A program made the position numbers and the translations under genes. From NCBI GenBank assembly GCA_029247685.1, contig JAQWKT010000013.1, forward strand, positions 10,048 through 74,047: a stretch of DNA of 64,000 bases, read 5' to 3'. Source of the DNA: Crocinitomicaceae bacterium. Lineage in GTDB: Bacteria; Bacteroidota; Bacteroidia; Flavobacteriales_D; Crocinitomicaceae. Position 1 is the stretch's first letter, and every line of letters starts with the position of its first letter. This document shows, in pieces, positions 1 through 10,305 of this stretch. The notes beneath the pieces were generated by a model. That model saw only the letters and a list, made by a program, of their open reading frames with translations, was not told the DNA's origin and did not search any database.

Positions 1-1262
1 GGATTTTGGTACAGGTTCAAATAAAAAATCTAAAAAGAACCTTATCTATTGATATTCCTGCAAATGGGACTCAACAAACCAAATTAAATTATAAAGAAGA
101 GGGGCCAGGGTATAGAAATGGAAAAATAACCATTTCAGACAATCAGCTTTTTTGGGATGATGAGTATTTTTTTTCCTATCAAATAAAAGAGAAAACAAAA
201 ATTTTAATTATTAATTCGGAAGACAAATCAGAAGCAATTTCTAAAATATATAATCTTGAATCTCTTTTTGGGGTGGATGAAGTTGCACAAGAATCTTTTT
301 CGCAAGACATGTTGCATCAAACCGACTTTGTTGTTTTAAACGGGCTTAATAAGATTTCCTCAGCAACGGTATCAATTTTGGAAGACTTTGTTAATAATGG
401 AGGAAGCCTAAGTATTTTTCCGGGAAGCAAAATAAACCCTAAAGAGCTTAACTTGCTCTTAAAGAAAGTAGAAATGCCATTGCTTGCAAACGTGATTGAA
501 AGTGGAACAAAAATTAAAGAAATAGCATATAAATCGCCCTTTTTTAAGGGGGTTTTTGATAGAGAAGAAAAAAACATTATCCTTCCAGGAATAACAAAGG
601 TTTATCAAACAAAACCTTATGAAAAAACTCGTTCTCAAAATATTGTAAGTCTTCAAAATGGCTTGCCATTATTTTGTGTTTCCTCTTCCCAAAGGCAAGT
701 ATTTTTATTTACTAGTTCACTAAGTAATGATTTTGGGTCTTTTACTTTAGATGCATTATTTCCTTCTATTTTACTTCGAATGGGAGAATTAAGTCAAAAA
801 AAACAACCTTTATTTTTAACGATTGGAAAACAAAAAAGTTATTCTTTAAATAAGGCATTAAAAAATTATTCAGCAATTCATTTGATCAAAGGCAAAACCG
901 ACTTAATTCCTAAAACGAGCAGGTCTCAAAAAGGACTTTCAAGTAGAATTGTTTTAGGTGGAGAGCAAACCCAAAAACTCACCGCAGGAATTTATAAAAT
1001 AACCAATCAAAATAAAGAAATAGGTCAACTTGCTCTTAATTATGATAGAAAAGAGTCCCAAACCAAATATGCCACAAAAAACCAAATAACATCTTATTAT
1101 CGTCAAAACAAATTAAACATGGTGGCCTATAAAAAACACCAACAAGGAAAGTCTTTACTTGATACAAAAACAGAAAAAGAATTGTGGAAAATTTTACTTG
1201 TGCTTTCTTTTTCTTTTTTCTTTTTAGAAATTTTGGCGCTAAAATTTTCAAGAGTTTCATGA
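1..1262 (+). CDS. C-terminal part of a large membrane-anchored protein, possibly BatA/aerotolerance-type with a glutamine-amidotransferase-like fold; the 5' end lies outside the window
   Basis: The ORF is open to the left window edge, so the listed TTG start at 6 is probably an artefact. It has a C-terminal TM helix (ILLVLSFSFFFLEILAL). The segment VVLNGLNKIS..NNGGSLSIFPG resembles BatA-family or DUF4159-like proteins. The family call comes from memory only. Confidence 0.35.
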   Translation, partial: ILVQVQIKNLKRTLSIDIPANGTQQTKLNYKEEGPGYRNGKITISDNQLFWDDEYFFSYQIKEKTKILIINSEDKSEAISKIYNLESLFGVDEVAQESFSQDMLHQTDFVVLNGLNKISSATVSILEDFVNNGGSLSIFPGSKINPKELNLLLKKVEMPLLANVIESGTKIKEIAYKSPFFKGVFDREEKNIILPGITKVYQTKPYEKTRSQNIVSLQNGLPLFCVSSSQRQVFLFTSSLSNDFGSFTLDALFPSILLRMGELSQKKQPLFLTIGKQKSYSLNKALKNYSAIHLIKGKTDLIPKTSRSQKGLSSRIVLGGEQTQKLTAGIYKITNQNKEIGQLALNYDRKESQTKYATKNQITSYYRQNKLNMVAYKKHQQGKSLLDTKTEKELWKILLVLSFSFFFLEILALKFSRVS

Positions 1263-1335
1263 TTTTTCAAACATTAAGTGTACTTTTGTGCTTTAAGGAA
1301 TAAAAAATTATTTTATATCTTAAAAAATAAGGACG

Positions 1336-2598
1336 ATGAATATTTTATTGAAATCGGTTACCATCTCAGATCCTTCCTCAACACATTTTAATTCTGTAAA
1401 AGATGTTTTTATTAAAAACGGAAAGATTGCCGGCATTGAAAAAAAACTTAACTTAAAAGGAGAGCAATATCGAGTAATTGAAGGAAAAGGAAAAAGCATT
1501 AGTCAAGGTTGGGTTGACCTTAAATCTGATTTTTGCGACCCTGGAAATGAACATAGAGAAACAATAGAAAGTGGGTTAAAAGTTTCTGCATATGGTGGAT
1601 ATACACACGTTTGCCTAGTCCCATCTACAAATCCTTTTGTAGACGGAAAAACGGCTATAGAGTATGCTTTAAGAAAGGCAGAGGGCGCTCTAACCCAGCT
1701 TCACCCTATAGGAAGCATTACAAAATCAGGAAAAGGCCAGGAGTTATCAGAAATGTTCGACATGCATTTATCTGGAGCAACTCTTTTTTCCGATGACCTA
1801 AAAGAGCTTTCTACAGGAATGTTAGGGAGAGCTCTCTTGTATAATAAAAACACCAAAGGAACGGTAATTTCTTTCCCTCAAAATTATTCTTTAAGCAACA
1901 AGACAATGGTTAATGAGGGTTTAGCTTCTATTAAAACAGGCCTAAAAGGAAACCCGTCTCTTTCTGAAGAAGTTGAAATTCAAAAAAACATTAGTATACT
2001 TAAATATACACAAGGAAGTCTTCATTTTACAGGAGTCTCAACTAAAAAAGGAGTAGAGTTAATTAAAACAGCAAAAAAATCCGGACAAAAAGTAACGGCC
2101 TCTGTTAACCTAATGAATCTTTTATTTACAGAAAAAGAGGTGTTTAATTTTGATAGCAACTTTAAACTGGCGCCTCCTTTAAGAACTAAAAAAGATCAAG
2201 AAGCGTTAATAAAAGGGCTTATTGAGGGAACTATTGACGCAATAGATTCGGATCACCGGCCCTATGATGAAGATAAGAAGGATGTTGATTTTTTCTCTGC
2301 ATCTTCAGGATGTATTCAACTCCAAACGCTTTATGCTGCCCTTAATACTTTTCACCCAACAAAAGAAGCGTCATTTATTAAAGCCTTATCCATAAACTCT
2401 CGACTAATTTCTCAAATCAAAGAGAGCCCCATAGAAGTTGGAAATCAAATAGACGCCACTCTTTATGACCCTTCTAAAGAATGGATTTTTGATAAGCATA
2501 TAAATCATTCTAAATCGTTTAACTCTCCGTTTTTAAATCAAAAGTTAAAAGGAAAAGTTTGTGCAGTTTTTATGGAAAAAAAAGCATTAGAGTTTTAA
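1336..2598 (+). CDS. Dihydroorotase-like amidohydrolase, probably non-catalytic because its metal ligands are degenerate
   Basis: It is collinear with type-I DHOase (..ETIESG..GGYTHVC..P..NP.., NPPLR-like 'LAPPLRTKKDQEALIKGLIEGTIDAIDSDHRPY'). The HxH motif reads DLKSDF, and several other His positions are also replaced. Confidence 0.75.
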   Translation: MNILLKSVTISDPSSTHFNSVKDVFIKNGKIAGIEKKLNLKGEQYRVIEGKGKSISQGWVDLKSDFCDPGNEHRETIESGLKVSAYGGYTHVCLVPSTNPFVDGKTAIEYALRKAEGALTQLHPIGSITKSGKGQELSEMFDMHLSGATLFSDDLKELSTGMLGRALLYNKNTKGTVISFPQNYSLSNKTMVNEGLASIKTGLKGNPSLSEEVEIQKNISILKYTQGSLHFTGVSTKKGVELIKTAKKSGQKVTASVNLMNLLFTEKEVFNFDSNFKLAPPLRTKKDQEALIKGLIEGTIDAIDSDHRPYDEDKKDVDFFSASSGCIQLQTLYAALNTFHPTKEASFIKALSINSRLISQIKESPIEVGNQIDATLYDPSKEWIFDKHINHSKSFNSPFLNQKLKGKVCAVFMEKKALEF

Positions 2599-2599
2599 A

Positions 2600-3424
2600 C
2601 TAAAAAGAAACAGATTTAGCATTAATAGAAGAATTCATTATTTTTCCAGCCACCTGATTAAAAACGGTTTCTTTTTCAGAGGTCATAAATAAGGTGGTAG
2701 AATTTTTAGAACAAGCCTCATCAATTTCAGGGTGTTTATTAAGGTATTCAACTAGCTTTTTAGCAACAATAGGTCCTTGAGACATAACAGCGATGCTTTT
2801 AGGTAGAAAACTTCTTAAAATAGGGTATAAAATAGGGTAGTGTGTACAGGCAAGAACAAGCGTATCAATCTTGGGGGACTTTTGAAGTAAAATAGAGAGG
2901 TCGTTTTTTATTATTTCTTTTCCCGAATTACTTTCTTGCTTTTCATTTTCAATTAATGGAACCCATAAAGGACATGCATGTTGGACATAGTTTACTTTTG
3001 GTGCATATTTTTCAATTTCGAGCCCATAAGAATTAGAGGATACTGTTCCCAAGGTTCCTATGATTCCAACAGAATTAATTTCTTTGTTTTCTGCTATTTC
3101 CTCTATACAAGGACGAATAACCCCTAAGACTCTTTTATTGGGGCTTAGTTTTTCAAGATCTTTTTGTTGAATTGATCTTAGTGCTTTTGCAGAAGAGGTG
3201 TTACAAGCAACAATTACTAGAGAACAGCCTTGATTAAAAAGAAATTTAACGGCATCAAGGGTATATTGATAAACCAGTTCAAAAGAACGATCTCCATATG
3301 GAGCCCTTGCATTATCTCCAAGGTAGAGGTAATCATAATCTGGAAGGGACTTCTTAATACTCTTAAGTATAGTTAACCCCCCATACCCCGAGTCAAAAAC
3401 ACCTATTGGATTTGACTTATGCAT
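2600..3424 (-). CDS. murI: Glutamate racemase
   Basis: Motifs [19 protein letters not shown] and LACTHYP. Length 274 aa. Confidence 0.93.
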   Translation of the reverse strand: MHKSNPIGVFDSGYGGLTILKSIKKSLPDYDYLYLGDNARAPYGDRSFELVYQYTLDAVKFLFNQGCSLVIVACNTSSAKALRSIQQKDLEKLSPNKRVLGVIRPCIEEIAENKEINSVGIIGTLGTVSSNSYGLEIEKYAPKVNYVQHACPLWVPLIENEKQESNSGKEIIKNDLSILLQKSPKIDTLVLACTHYPILYPILRSFLPKSIAVMSQGPIVAKKLVEYLNKHPEIDEACSKNSTTLFMTSEKETVFNQVAGKIMNSSINAKSVSF

Positions 3425-4361
3425 TTTTTAAAAAATTAATAACATTATCCTCTATTCTTCTTGGAATATTAGAGGAAACCTCTCGGACAAAAGTTTCTCC
3501 TGTAATTTTTTCGTATAATTCTATGTACCTATTGCTAACTAAAGAAACAAACTCTTCTGGCATTTCTGGCATTTTTTGATTTTCTTTTCCTTGAAAACCA
3601 TTATCCATGAGCCATTCCCTAACAAATTCTTTGGATAGTTGTTTTTGTGCAATATTTTCCTTTTGTCTGTCTTTATATCCCTCGAGATAAAAATATCTTG
3701 AAGAGTCAGGGGTATGAATTTCATCTATTAACATAACCTCTCCATTATATAATCCAAACTCATATTTGGTGTCCACAAGAATCAATCCCTTTTCTTTTGC
3801 TTTTGCAGATCCATGAGAAAATAAAAGCTTAGTATATTCTTCCATTTTTAAATAAACCTCTTCAGTTACAAGCTTATTTGAGAGGATTTCTTCTTTGGAG
3901 ATGTCTTCATCATGTCCTTCATCTGCTTTCGATGCGGGAGTAATTATGGGCTCTGGAAAGGCATCATTTTCTTTTAAACCATCCGGCATTTTTACTCCAC
4001 AAAGCATTCTTTTTCCAAGCTTGTATTCTCTTGCTGCGTGACCAGCTAAATAACCACGAATAACCATTTCAATTTTTATGGGTTCACAGGCTTTACCGAT
4101 AGAAACTACTGGATCAGGAGTTGAAATAAGCCAGTTTGGAACAAGAGAAGCTGTTTCTTTTAAAAAGTAAGAAGCAATTTGATTTAATACCTGCCCTTTG
4201 AAAGGGATTCCCTTGGGTAAAACGTGATCAAATGCAGATATTCGATCTGAAGCAACCATTACAAGAGTGTTGTTTTTTAATGTATATACATCACGAACCT
4301 TTCCATGATAAACACTGGTTTGGTTAGGGAAACTAAAGATGGATTTTTTTAATGTATTCAT
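3417..4361 (-). CDS. purC: Phosphoribosylaminoimidazole-succinocarboxamide (SAICAR) synthase
   Basis: Motifs [18 protein letters not shown] and [11 protein letters not shown]. The ORF extends to 4391. The internal Met (MNTLKK...) at 4361 avoids a 23-nt overlap with phoH and is the more likely start. Confidence 0.9.
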   Translation of the reverse strand: MNTLKKSIFSFPNQTSVYHGKVRDVYTLKNNTLVMVASDRISAFDHVLPKGIPFKGQVLNQIASYFLKETASLVPNWLISTPDPVVSIGKACEPIKIEMVIRGYLAGHAAREYKLGKRMLCGVKMPDGLKENDAFPEPIITPASKADEGHDEDISKEEILSNKLVTEEVYLKMEEYTKLLFSHGSAKAKEKGLILVDTKYEFGLYNGEVMLIDEIHTPDSSRYFYLEGYKDRQKENIAQKQLSKEFVREWLMDNGFQGKENQKMPEMPEEFVSLVSNRYIELYEKITGETFVREVSSNIPRRIEDNVINFLKNA

Positions 4362-4368
4362 AGAAATT

Positions 4369-5313
4369 TTAAGTGTTTTCTGTTTTTTCAAAAGCAGTAA
4401 TTATTTTTTTAACAAGTCGGTGTCTTATTACATCGGTTTCGTTAAAATGAACGGCTTGAATACCCGCTACATTTTTTAAACTATCTAAAGCAAATGCAAG
4501 ACCAGAGCTTTGTTTTTTAGGCAAATCTACTTGAGAAAGATCTCCATTTACCATAAATTTAGCGGTTTTGCCCATTCTTGTTAAAAACATTTTCATTTGC
4601 ATTTTAGTGGTATTTTGAGCCTCATCAAGAATAACAAAAGCTTTGTCTAAGGTTCTCCCTCTCATAAAAGCTAAAGGGGCAATTTCAATGATCTCTTCAT
4701 CGACTAGTTCTTTTAGTTTTTCAAGTGGAATCATTTCTTTTAATGCATCATATAAAGGCATCAGATAAGGGTCTAGTTTTTCTTTTAAATCTCCAGGTAA
4801 AAAACCTAAGTTTTCTCCCGCTTCTACGGCAGGCCGAGTTAGAATTATTTTTTTAACTTCTTTTTGTTTAAGAGCACTAACAGCAAGAGCTACAGCAGTA
4901 AACGTTTTCCCTGTTCCTGCTGGGCCAACAGCAAAAACAAGGGCATTTTCTTTTACAGCAACCACAAGCTTTTTTTGGTTGATTGTTTTTGCCGCAATTT
5001 TTGCTCCAGAGTTACCATAAACAATAACGTTGTCCTTTATTTTTTTGGAAACTAATAAATGCCCATCTTCATGCATTAAATTATCAATTTCATCAAAGTT
5101 GATAGAATTATATGTTTGAAAATAATCCAACATTAAAGCCAGCTTTTTTTCAAAAAACAAGAGCGCTTTTTCTTCTCCTTTAATCGATATTGTGGACCCT
5201 CTTGAAGAAACCTTAAGAGATGGAAAAAGTTCTTTTATGTAATTGATGTTTTTGTTTTTTTCACCAAAAAAAGAAGCCGGGTTTATATTAGGAAGCTCAA
5301 TGTTTTTATTCAT
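4369..5313 (-). CDS. phoH: PhoH-family ATPase
   Basis: Walker A GPAGTGKT, then [17 protein letters not shown] and ILDEAQN. Typical length of about 314 aa. Confidence 0.9.
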   Translation of the reverse strand: MNKNIELPNINPASFFGEKNKNINYIKELFPSLKVSSRGSTISIKGEEKALLFFEKKLALMLDYFQTYNSINFDEIDNLMHEDGHLLVSKKIKDNVIVYGNSGAKIAAKTINQKKLVVAVKENALVFAVGPAGTGKTFTAVALAVSALKQKEVKKIILTRPAVEAGENLGFLPGDLKEKLDPYLMPLYDALKEMIPLEKLKELVDEEIIEIAPLAFMRGRTLDKAFVILDEAQNTTKMQMKMFLTRMGKTAKFMVNGDLSQVDLPKKQSSGLAFALDSLKNVAGIQAVHFNETDVIRHRLVKKIITAFEKTENT

Positions 5314-5362
5314 TATAAATGTTTTATTCTGTTTTTTTTAAACTTCCTTTTTAAAATTACTT

Positions 5363-5370
5363 TACTTTTG
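5363..5370 (+). promoter_or_regulatory. Bacteroidota -7 promoter box (TACTTTTG) for the SAM hydrolase-like gene
   Basis: Exact match to TAnnTTTG, 44 nt upstream of the ATG at 5414. Confidence 0.4.
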
Positions 5371-5413
5371 ATGAGCAAAATTATAAAATCTTAATATAAC
5401 GCAGCTTAGGAAA

Positions 5414-6274
5414 ATGAATATTCTGACTTTAACCACAGATTCTGGAGAAAAAGATCATTATGTTGCGTCTCTTAAGGGGTTTGTTTTATCAAACGTTAAC
5501 AATATAAGCATTGTAGACATATCTCATCAGATTTCCCCATTTAATGTATCTGAAGCAGCGAGACAAGTTAGAAACTGTATAGACTCTTTTCCTTCTGAAA
5601 CCATTCATGTTGTGGGGGTAGATGATGAGCCTAAGATTGCTCCAACAGAAGATGATAGCGCCCTCCCGGCAATTATGAAGTTTAGAAACCAGTATTTTAT
5701 TAGTATTGATAATGGTTTTTTTGGATCCTTGCTTGAGGAAGAATCTCCACAAGAGTTTTACATATTGCCTGACTTTGTTAAAGCGGAAGAAGTTTCCTCC
5801 TTTTCTATGAAGACTGTTTTATTGCCAATAGCCATCAAATTAATAAAAGCAAAAAGCATTAAAAGTTTTGCCAAGCCAATAAAAAGATATAAAAAAGCCT
5901 TTTCAGAAAGTGTTTTTATGGGGGAAAATGGAATGGTAGGCCAAGTTATTCATATTGATGTTTATGGAAATTTGATAACCAATATTACCAAAGAGATGTT
6001 TGATAGATATACGGAGTTTGATAAGTTCACGTTGTTTTTTAATGCAAAACAATACCATATAGAGAGTTTCTCAGCAAGTTACAACACTGTTCCACCAGGG
6101 GAAAAGCTAGCTCTTTTTAATAGCAATGGTTATCTAGAAATAGCAATTAATAGAGCGGCAGCAAAACTTCAAGGGGGCGCAGAACAATTGTTTGGAGCTA
6201 AACTACGTGATAAAATTAGAATTGAGTTTTCTTCTAGGGGTTCTCATGAAACAATAGATTCACTTTTTGACTAA
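5414..6274 (+). CDS. SAM hydroxide adenosyltransferase / SAM hydrolase family protein (DUF62, SalL/FlA-like fold)
   Basis: N-terminal LTTDSGEKDHYVASLKG and later HIDVYGNLITNI are characteristic of the DUF62 family. Confidence 0.75.
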   Translation: MNILTLTTDSGEKDHYVASLKGFVLSNVNNISIVDISHQISPFNVSEAARQVRNCIDSFPSETIHVVGVDDEPKIAPTEDDSALPAIMKFRNQYFISIDNGFFGSLLEEESPQEFYILPDFVKAEEVSSFSMKTVLLPIAIKLIKAKSIKSFAKPIKRYKKAFSESVFMGENGMVGQVIHIDVYGNLITNITKEMFDRYTEFDKFTLFFNAKQYHIESFSASYNTVPPGEKLALFNSNGYLEIAINRAAAKLQGGAEQLFGAKLRDKIRIEFSSRGSHETIDSLFD

Positions 6275-6287
6275 ATCAGTCCTTAAT

Positions 6288-7544
6288 TTATAAATTAAAA
6301 GCTGTTTTTACTTTCTCTACAAAGTCCAACTTTTCCCAAGTAAAAAGCTCTACTTCTTTCGTTATTTTTGATCCATCTGGCGCGAGAAATGTTTTATTAA
6401 CGATTTCATTTTTTCTACCCATGTGTCCATAGGCGGCAGTTTCTTTATAAATAGGGTTTCTAAGTTTTAACCTTTCTTCTATAAAATATGGTCGCATATC
6501 GAAAATTTCAGAAACTTTTTGAGCAATAGATCCATCTTTCATGTCAATTTTGGAAGTGCCGTACGTGTTTACAAAAAGACCACAAGGCTCAGCAACCCCA
6601 ATAGCATAGGAAACTTGTACTAAAACCTCATCGCATAGTCCAGCAGCAACAAGATTTTTTGCAATATGTCTAGTTGCATATGCCCCAGAACGATCCACCT
6701 TTGAAGGGTCTTTTCCAGAAAAGGCACCACCACCATGAGCTCCTTTACCTCCGTATGTATCAACTATTATTTTTCTTCCTGTAAGCCCAGTGTCTCCATG
6801 AGGACCACCAATTACAAATTTACCAGTTGGATTAATATGGTATGTGATATCGTTTGTAAATAAACGTTGTATCTCTGGGCTTAATTTGTTCTTAACCCTT
6901 GGAATAACAAGATTTATAATGTCTTTTTTTATCTTCTGAAGCATTTCAGGTTCCGAGGCAAAGTCATCATGTTGTGTAGAAACAACAATAGTGTCTATTC
7001 TAAGTGGTTTGTTTTCATCAGAATATTCTATTGTAACTTGTGATTTAGCATCTGGCCTTAAATACGAGATTAATTTACTTTCATGTTTTCTAATTAAAGC
7101 AAGTTCCTCTAAGATTTTATGCGAAAGATCAAGAGCTAGAGGCATGTAATTTTCGGTCTCTTTTGTGGCATAACCAAACATCATCCCTTGGTCACCAGCA
7201 CCCTGTTCTTCTTTTTTAGCCCTATCTACTCCTTGATTAATATCTGCAGATTGTTCATGAAGCGCAGATAAAACACCACAAGAATTGGCATCGAACATGT
7301 ACTCAGATTTCGTGTAACCAATTTCTCTAATTGTTTGTCTTGTGATATTTTGTACATCAAGATAAACTTTTGATTTAACTTCCCCAGCGACAACAACCTG
7401 TCCTGTCGTTACGAGGGTTTCACAAGCAACTTTTGAATCTGGATCAAAAGCCATGAAATGGTCTATTAAAGAGTCAGATATTTGGTCAGAAACTTTATCC
7501 GGGTGCCCTTCTGAAACAGATTCAGATGTAAAAAGATAAGACAT
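6288..7544 (-). CDS. metK: S-adenosylmethionine synthetase
   Basis: Motifs [32 protein letters not shown] and [16 protein letters not shown]. Confidence 0.97.
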   Translation of the reverse strand: MSYLFTSESVSEGHPDKVSDQISDSLIDHFMAFDPDSKVACETLVTTGQVVVAGEVKSKVYLDVQNITRQTIREIGYTKSEYMFDANSCGVLSALHEQSADINQGVDRAKKEEQGAGDQGMMFGYATKETENYMPLALDLSHKILEELALIRKHESKLISYLRPDAKSQVTIEYSDENKPLRIDTIVVSTQHDDFASEPEMLQKIKKDIINLVIPRVKNKLSPEIQRLFTNDITYHINPTGKFVIGGPHGDTGLTGRKIIVDTYGGKGAHGGGAFSGKDPSKVDRSGAYATRHIAKNLVAAGLCDEVLVQVSYAIGVAEPCGLFVNTYGTSKIDMKDGSIAQKVSEIFDMRPYFIEERLKLRNPIYKETAAYGHMGRKNEIVNKTFLAPDGSKITKEVELFTWEKLDFVEKVKTAFNL

Positions 7545-7565
7545 ATATTATATATAATTAGCTTG

Positions 7566-7573
7566 CAAAAATA
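7566..7573 (-). promoter_or_regulatory. -7 promoter box (TATTTTTG on the minus strand) for metK
   Basis: Exact TAnnTTTG match, about 22 nt upstream of the metK ATG. Confidence 0.4.
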
Positions 7574-7653
7574 TAAAAAGCCAAAGAAATAATGTCATTT
7601 TATTGTATTTATGTCTTTTTTTATAAGTTGAAAAAATATAAATGGGAATATTT

Positions 7654-7661
7654 TAACTTTG
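7654..7661 (+). promoter_or_regulatory. -7 promoter box (TAACTTTG) for alaS
   Basis: Exact TAnnTTTG match, 22 nt upstream of the ATG at 7684. Confidence 0.4.
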
Positions 7662-7683
7662 TTGTTGAAATAAATTAGATAAA

Positions 7684-10305
7684 ATGAAAGTTTCTGAAAT
7701 TAGAGCTACTTTTTTTGACTATTTTAAAGCAAAGGGGCACGAAATACAGCCTTCTGCTCTAATGGTTGTAAAAAATGATCCAACTCTAATGTTTACCAAT
7801 GCGGGGATGAATCAGTTTAAAGATTATTTTCTTGGCAACACGGATCCAAAAAGTAAAAGAATAGCGAATTCTCAAAAATGCTTGAGAGTTTCAGGAAAGC
7901 ACAATGATCTCGAAGAAGTAGGGGTTGATACCTATCATCACACGATGTTTGAAATGTTGGGAAATTGGTCTTTTGGCGATTACTTTAAAAAAGAAGCGAT
8001 TGATTGGGCTTGGGAGTTATTAACAGAGGTTTATAAACTAGATAAGTCACGTCTTTATGTAACGGTATTTGAAGGAGATAAAATAGATGGAACCAAAGAA
8101 GACATGGAGGCAATTTCTTTTTGGTCAAAACATATCAACAGCGAAGAAATTATAAAATGTTCCAAAAAAGATAATTTTTGGGAAATGGGGGATGTTGGTC
8201 CATGTGGACCATGTTCGGAAATCCACATGGATATTCGTTCAGATTACGAAAGATCAAAGGTTAAAGGAAGAGATTTAGTAAATAAAGACCACCCTCAAGT
8301 TATAGAAATATGGAATTTGGTTTTTATGGAATACCTTAGAAAGGCCGATCGTAGTTTAGTGCCTCTTCCTCAAAAACATGTGGATACCGGCATGGGATTA
8401 GAAAGACTTGCTGTTGCTCTTCAGGGAAAAAAATCGAACTACGATATTGATTTGTTTCAATCTTTGATAAAAAAAACAGAAGAGTTATCCAAAATTAAAT
8501 ATGGTGCAAATCCAAAAACGGATATAGCGCTAAGAATTGTTTCGGATCATGTTCGAGCAATAAGTTTTTCTATTGCTGATGGACAACTTCCTTCTAATAC
8601 AGGAGCGGGGTACGTAATTAGAAGGATTTTAAGAAGAGCGGTTCGTTATGGGTATCAGGTTTTAGAAATTAAAGAACCTTTTATGTTTGATATAGCGATA
8701 ACATTGGTGGAACAAATGGGGGAAGCTTATCCGGAATTAACCAATCAAAAGAGCTTAATAGAAAAAGTAATAAAAGAAGAAGAAAAAAGTTTTTTTAGAA
8801 CCCTTGAACAAGGGATAAAAAAAATTAATTTAACAATTAACTCTCATAAAGAAAAAAAACAAGAAAAGATGTCGTCCTTACATGTTTTTGAACTTTATGA
8901 TACTTATGGATTCCCAATAGATTTAACCTCATTAATAGCAAAAGAGAATAATATCGAAATTGACATTGAGGGTTTTCAAAAATTATTGGAAGAGCAAAAG
9001 CAAAGGTCTCGAAAAGCATCAGAAATAGACACGAGTGATTGGATAGCCATTTGTGATCAAAAAGCGACTCAATTTGTAGGGTATGACACCTCTAGTACAG
9101 AAACAAAAATATTAAGGTACAGGAAGGTAAATACACCAAAAAAGGATTATTTTCAATTGGTTCTAGATAAAACGCCTTTTTATCCAGAAGGAGGAGGTCA
9201 GGTTGGAGATACAGGATTTTTTGAAATAGAAAATGAAAAAATAAAAATATTTAATACCAAAAAGGAAAACGAGTTGATATTACATTATGCGAGTTCTCTT
9301 CCAAAAAACCTTTCCAAAAAAGGAATAGCTATTGTTGATGAAAAAAGGCGAAAAAAAATATCAGCAAATCATTCTGCAACACACTTACTTCATCATGCAT
9401 TAAGAAAGGTTCTTGGAGAACATGTTGAACAAAAAGGCTCATTGGTTAATGAGAGATATTTAAGGTTTGATTTTTCTCATTTTTCAAAAATGAAAGAAGA
9501 GGAGCTTCAACAAGTTCAGGAGCTTGTTTTGGAACAAATAAACAATGGCGTACCCTTAACAGAACATCGTGAAATACCATTAAATGAGGCAAAAAAAATG
9601 GGGGCAATGGCATTGTTTGGAGAAAAATATGGAGAAAAAGTAAGGGCTATACAATTTGGAAATTCAATTGAGTTGTGTGGTGGGATTCATGTTTCTTCTA
9701 CATCAAGCATAGGAATGTTTACTATTTTATCAGAAGGAGCAGTAGCAGCTGGTGTTAGAAGAATAGAGGCTATTTCAGGAATGGAAGCTGAAAAATATTT
9801 TATAGGTAAAGCTAAAATAGTTGATGAGGTTTGTAAAACACTTAAAACACAAAAAGACATTGTAAAAACCATAGAAACTATTCTTTCAAAAAACCACGAA
9901 CTTCAAAAGCAAATAGAGGAATTAAACAAGGAGAAAATACAATTGTTAAAAAACACATTAACTAAAAAAATAACTCAAATAAATGGCATAAATTTTCTTG
10001 GTGCTCAAGTACATCTGCCAAATTCATCGATTAAAGATTTATTGTTTCAATTAAAAAATCAAAACGATAATTTTTTTGCTGTTATTGGAAATTCAGAGAA
10101 TGAAAAATGTGGAATAAGCATTATAATTTCTGATAACCTAGTAAAAGAAAAGCAGTTAAATGCATCCGATTTAGTAAAAGCAGTTAGTCATTATATTAAT
10201 GGAGGAGGAGGTGGACAATCGTTTTTTGCAACAGCTGGAGGAAGAAAAAAAGAGGGGTTAAAAAAGGCCATTGAGGAAATTAGAAAAACAATACAAGAGA
10301 GTTAA
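7684..10305 (+). CDS. alaS: Alanine--tRNA ligase
   Basis: Motifs FTNAGMNQFK, HHTMFEMLGNWSFGDYFK, WEMGDVGPCGPCSEIH and the editing-domain HSATHLLH. It has a C-terminal GGGGQ DHHA1-like end. Length 873 aa. Confidence 0.97.
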   Translation: MKVSEIRATFFDYFKAKGHEIQPSALMVVKNDPTLMFTNAGMNQFKDYFLGNTDPKSKRIANSQKCLRVSGKHNDLEEVGVDTYHHTMFEMLGNWSFGDYFKKEAIDWAWELLTEVYKLDKSRLYVTVFEGDKIDGTKEDMEAISFWSKHINSEEIIKCSKKDNFWEMGDVGPCGPCSEIHMDIRSDYERSKVKGRDLVNKDHPQVIEIWNLVFMEYLRKADRSLVPLPQKHVDTGMGLERLAVALQGKKSNYDIDLFQSLIKKTEELSKIKYGANPKTDIALRIVSDHVRAISFSIADGQLPSNTGAGYVIRRILRRAVRYGYQVLEIKEPFMFDIAITLVEQMGEAYPELTNQKSLIEKVIKEEEKSFFRTLEQGIKKINLTINSHKEKKQEKMSSLHVFELYDTYGFPIDLTSLIAKENNIEIDIEGFQKLLEEQKQRSRKASEIDTSDWIAICDQKATQFVGYDTSSTETKILRYRKVNTPKKDYFQLVLDKTPFYPEGGGQVGDTGFFEIENEKIKIFNTKKENELILHYASSLPKNLSKKGIAIVDEKRRKKISANHSATHLLHHALRKVLGEHVEQKGSLVNERYLRFDFSHFSKMKEEELQQVQELVLEQINNGVPLTEHREIPLNEAKKMGAMALFGEKYGEKVRAIQFGNSIELCGGIHVSSTSSIGMFTILSEGAVAAGVRRIEAISGMEAEKYFIGKAKIVDEVCKTLKTQKDIVKTIETILSKNHELQKQIEELNKEKIQLLKNTLTKKITQINGINFLGAQVHLPNSSIKDLLFQLKNQNDNFFAVIGNSENEKCGISIIISDNLVKEKQLNASDLVKAVSHYINGGGGGQSFFATAGGRKKEGLKKAIEEIRKTIQES

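Noticed and set aside
7557-7600. Possible SAM-II/SAM-V-like riboswitch in the metK leader. The minus strand reads ..TTTGGCTTTTTATATTTTTGCAAGCTAA.., which vaguely recalls the GGCUU ... UUGCA ... AAAGCU elements.
   Set aside because: The same bases contain an exact TAnnTTTG -7 promoter box (TATTTTTG, 7566-7573) only about 22 nt from the ATG. Most of the putative aptamer would therefore lie upstream of the transcription start. I also cannot reproduce the consensus reliably from memory. A covariance-model scan (Rfam SAM-II/SAM-V) would settle it.
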